From: Mobula hypostoma
Taxonomy: Eukaryota
Length of the DNA stretch: 64,000 bases
Direction of reading: 5' to 3'
Assembly (NCBI RefSeq): GCF_963921235.1
Contig: NC_086107.1
Coordinates: forward strand, 96,474,001-96,538,000
Both the position numbers and the translations under genes were made by a program. Within the stretch, counting starts at the first letter, position 1. Each line of letters opens with the position of its first letter. The notes under the pieces were generated by a model. The model saw nothing but the letters and a program-made list of their open reading frames with translations. It ran no database searches and was not told where the DNA came from. Shown piece after piece: positions 61,931 to 64,000 of this stretch.

Positions 61931-62889
61931 TACCACACCATTAGCTGTTCACCCTCTCCCTTCAAAATGCCCTGGAGCTGCTCTGAGACATTCCTGACCC
62001 CGGCACCAGGGAGACAACACTCATTGTTACTGAAGCACCCATCTTCCCCTCTTACAGTTAGGTCCCTATCACAGGAGACTCACTTACGAGAATTCTTTAC
62101 GTTTAGTGTTTTTTTAAATTTGCAGTCTGTCTTCTTTTTCCACATTCTTTCAGTCTTTCTTTTTATGTATACATTTTCATAAATTTTATTGTATTTCTTT
62201 TCTCCCCAGTAAATGCCAGCAAGACAAATCTCGAAGTAAATTTGAACTAGAGGTCCTCCAATTCTTTTGCCTCCCCCTCCTTCAACTGTGGTGCCACAAA
62301 CTGGGCAGTTGGTGCTTTCCTCTGAGAGGCCATACCTGCCTGCACTACTGCTCTACCTGGTCACCTGCCCCTGTCCCACCTGTGCAGTCATTGCTCATGT
62401 TATTGGTATGCCCAGTTCACTAAACGTGTGTCTTCGGCTTGAATGGGATTAGTGCAGCTCGGCACCTTGGTTGGTATGAATCACTTGGGCTGAAGGGCCC
62501 ATTTCTGTGCAGTATCTCTCCACACTAGGCCCATCCACAGCTCCAGCTGTAGAAGATGGTCAGTCAGGAACACAAGAGATTCTACAGTTGCTGGAAATCC
62601 AGAAAGGGGAAGAGAAACAATGGTCAGCCTGGAGTTGCACTTGACACACTCGCTGCACAGGGTCTCTCACATTGCCCATAGACTGCTGGAGCAGCATTCC
62701 ATGTGGTGGGTTCTGCTACCATTTCTTTGCACTTGGCATTACTGTCCTCCCATTTTCAGCTCCTAGTTGCACTAAAAACCCTCTATTACACTAACCTTCC
62801 ATTACACTTTCAGGGTCTTTAATTTACACTAGCTACTGTAAGTTAAAGTCCCTGAAGGTGGAAAATACCCACTCCTTGCTACTCACCGT

Positions 62890-63015
62890 AAGTCCTGATG
62901 AAGGGTCTCAGCACAAAACATTGACTGTTTATTCCCTTCCATAGATGCTGCCTGATGTGAGGTTTCTCCAGCATTTTGTGTGTACTGTTTGAGATTGCCA
63001 GTATCTGCAGAATCA
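62890..63015 (+). mobile_element. Degenerate Penelope tail with decayed hammerhead
   Basis: agtcctgatgaagggtctcagcacaaaacattgactg..atagatgctgcctga. Confidence 0.7.
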
Positions 63016-64000
63016 CTTAAGTTTATGATTTAATATTCCAACACCTCTTTTACTTATTGAAACAGCCCTGGTGCAGACAGCTGGATTTAAATTTCAAGTA
63101 AAAGGTCATAATTTTCAGCACAGAGGGAAGACCTGCTCAAAGTGTCACTTACTTGAAACTGCAAACTTCAGCGAAAACACTGCCTGCAAATCACCCCTGG
63201 ATAGGTAAAGGCGAGACCATTTGGGATATTTAAAATGATAGGTAAATGTTTGAAAGATCAGAGAAACAAGGGCTGCTGAAAACTGTAAATGAAGCTTGGG
63301 GCAGACTAGTTGCGATCATATTGGATGGCAAGGCTGGTTTGATGGGCCAAGTGATTTACTCCTATTTTGTTATGTGAGTGGTTAATGCCAGAGGTGATGA
63401 CGGGTTGAGGAAGCGTAGAAAGGATATGTGCACCCCCAAGGTACAGGTGTGAGTTGTTGTAGTAAGATCAAAGGTGTAAATTGGTCGGATAATTCACATC
63501 AGATGTAAACAGGATGTAGCAAGGAGTGGGTATTTTCCACCTTCAGGATGTACCTGCTCCATGTAACCCACAGTGAAAACCTTTTCCTCTTCTTACATTA
63601 AGAGATCAACTCGTTTCCCAAAGGTACTGCATGCTCACATTGCACAAGTGTTTTTATTTGCTTATGAAAGCATTTATTAACAAGTAGTAAAGCTTTATTG
63701 AAGCATACATACATACAGAATTATACACAATGAGTAAACACATTCATTTTTATAAATCTAGCAGGTCACTCAATTCTCCAGTTAATACAAAAGTACAGAT
63801 TAAATAAAGAGCAATGCATTGTTATTTTCCCTCAGATCTTATTACATTAGTCACCTTCCTTTAACTTAAGCATATTGCTTTAAAGCTGTCACACTTGGTT
63901 TTGCGGCATCTCAGATTCAGATGGGTATATGCTCCATGGTCTTTCCTTTCAAATTTATTTTGATTAATACTTGTTCAGTTTACTGCATCAATACATGGTC

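Overview
This is eukaryotic, repeat-saturated vertebrate DNA. The CR1, Penelope, V-SINE and Tx1 repertoire suggests a cartilaginous fish, probably a ray (inference). One host gene is confidently recognisable: an intronless-CDS TIMM8B (49699-49965, minus strand) in a CpG island. Nearly everything else is nested transposon debris. (1) At 1-9.3 kb there is a same-strand cluster of Tx1-clade (L1-group) retrotransposons. One copy is headed by U2 snRNA nt 1-40 (Keno-like) and another by a U1 stem-loop-I-like sequence, and all three 5' ends share a structured leader. (2) Penelope-like elements carry minimal hammerhead ribozymes, and there are tiny TSD-flanked fold-back derivatives. (3) An internally deleted endogenous retrovirus (19839-24051) has a tRNA-Leu PBS, a 5-bp TSD and a collapsed 5' LTR. 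(4) A full-length, decayed Gmr1-type Ty3/Gypsy element (30665-36456) has the inverted INT-RT-RNaseH order. (5) Also present are many CR1 and Rex1/Babar LINE pieces, SINEs, hAT and Tc1-like non-autonomous DNA transposons, a 56-bp minisatellite and a local segmental duplication. Family assignments come from motif recognition by eye, and boundaries of old repeats are approximate.
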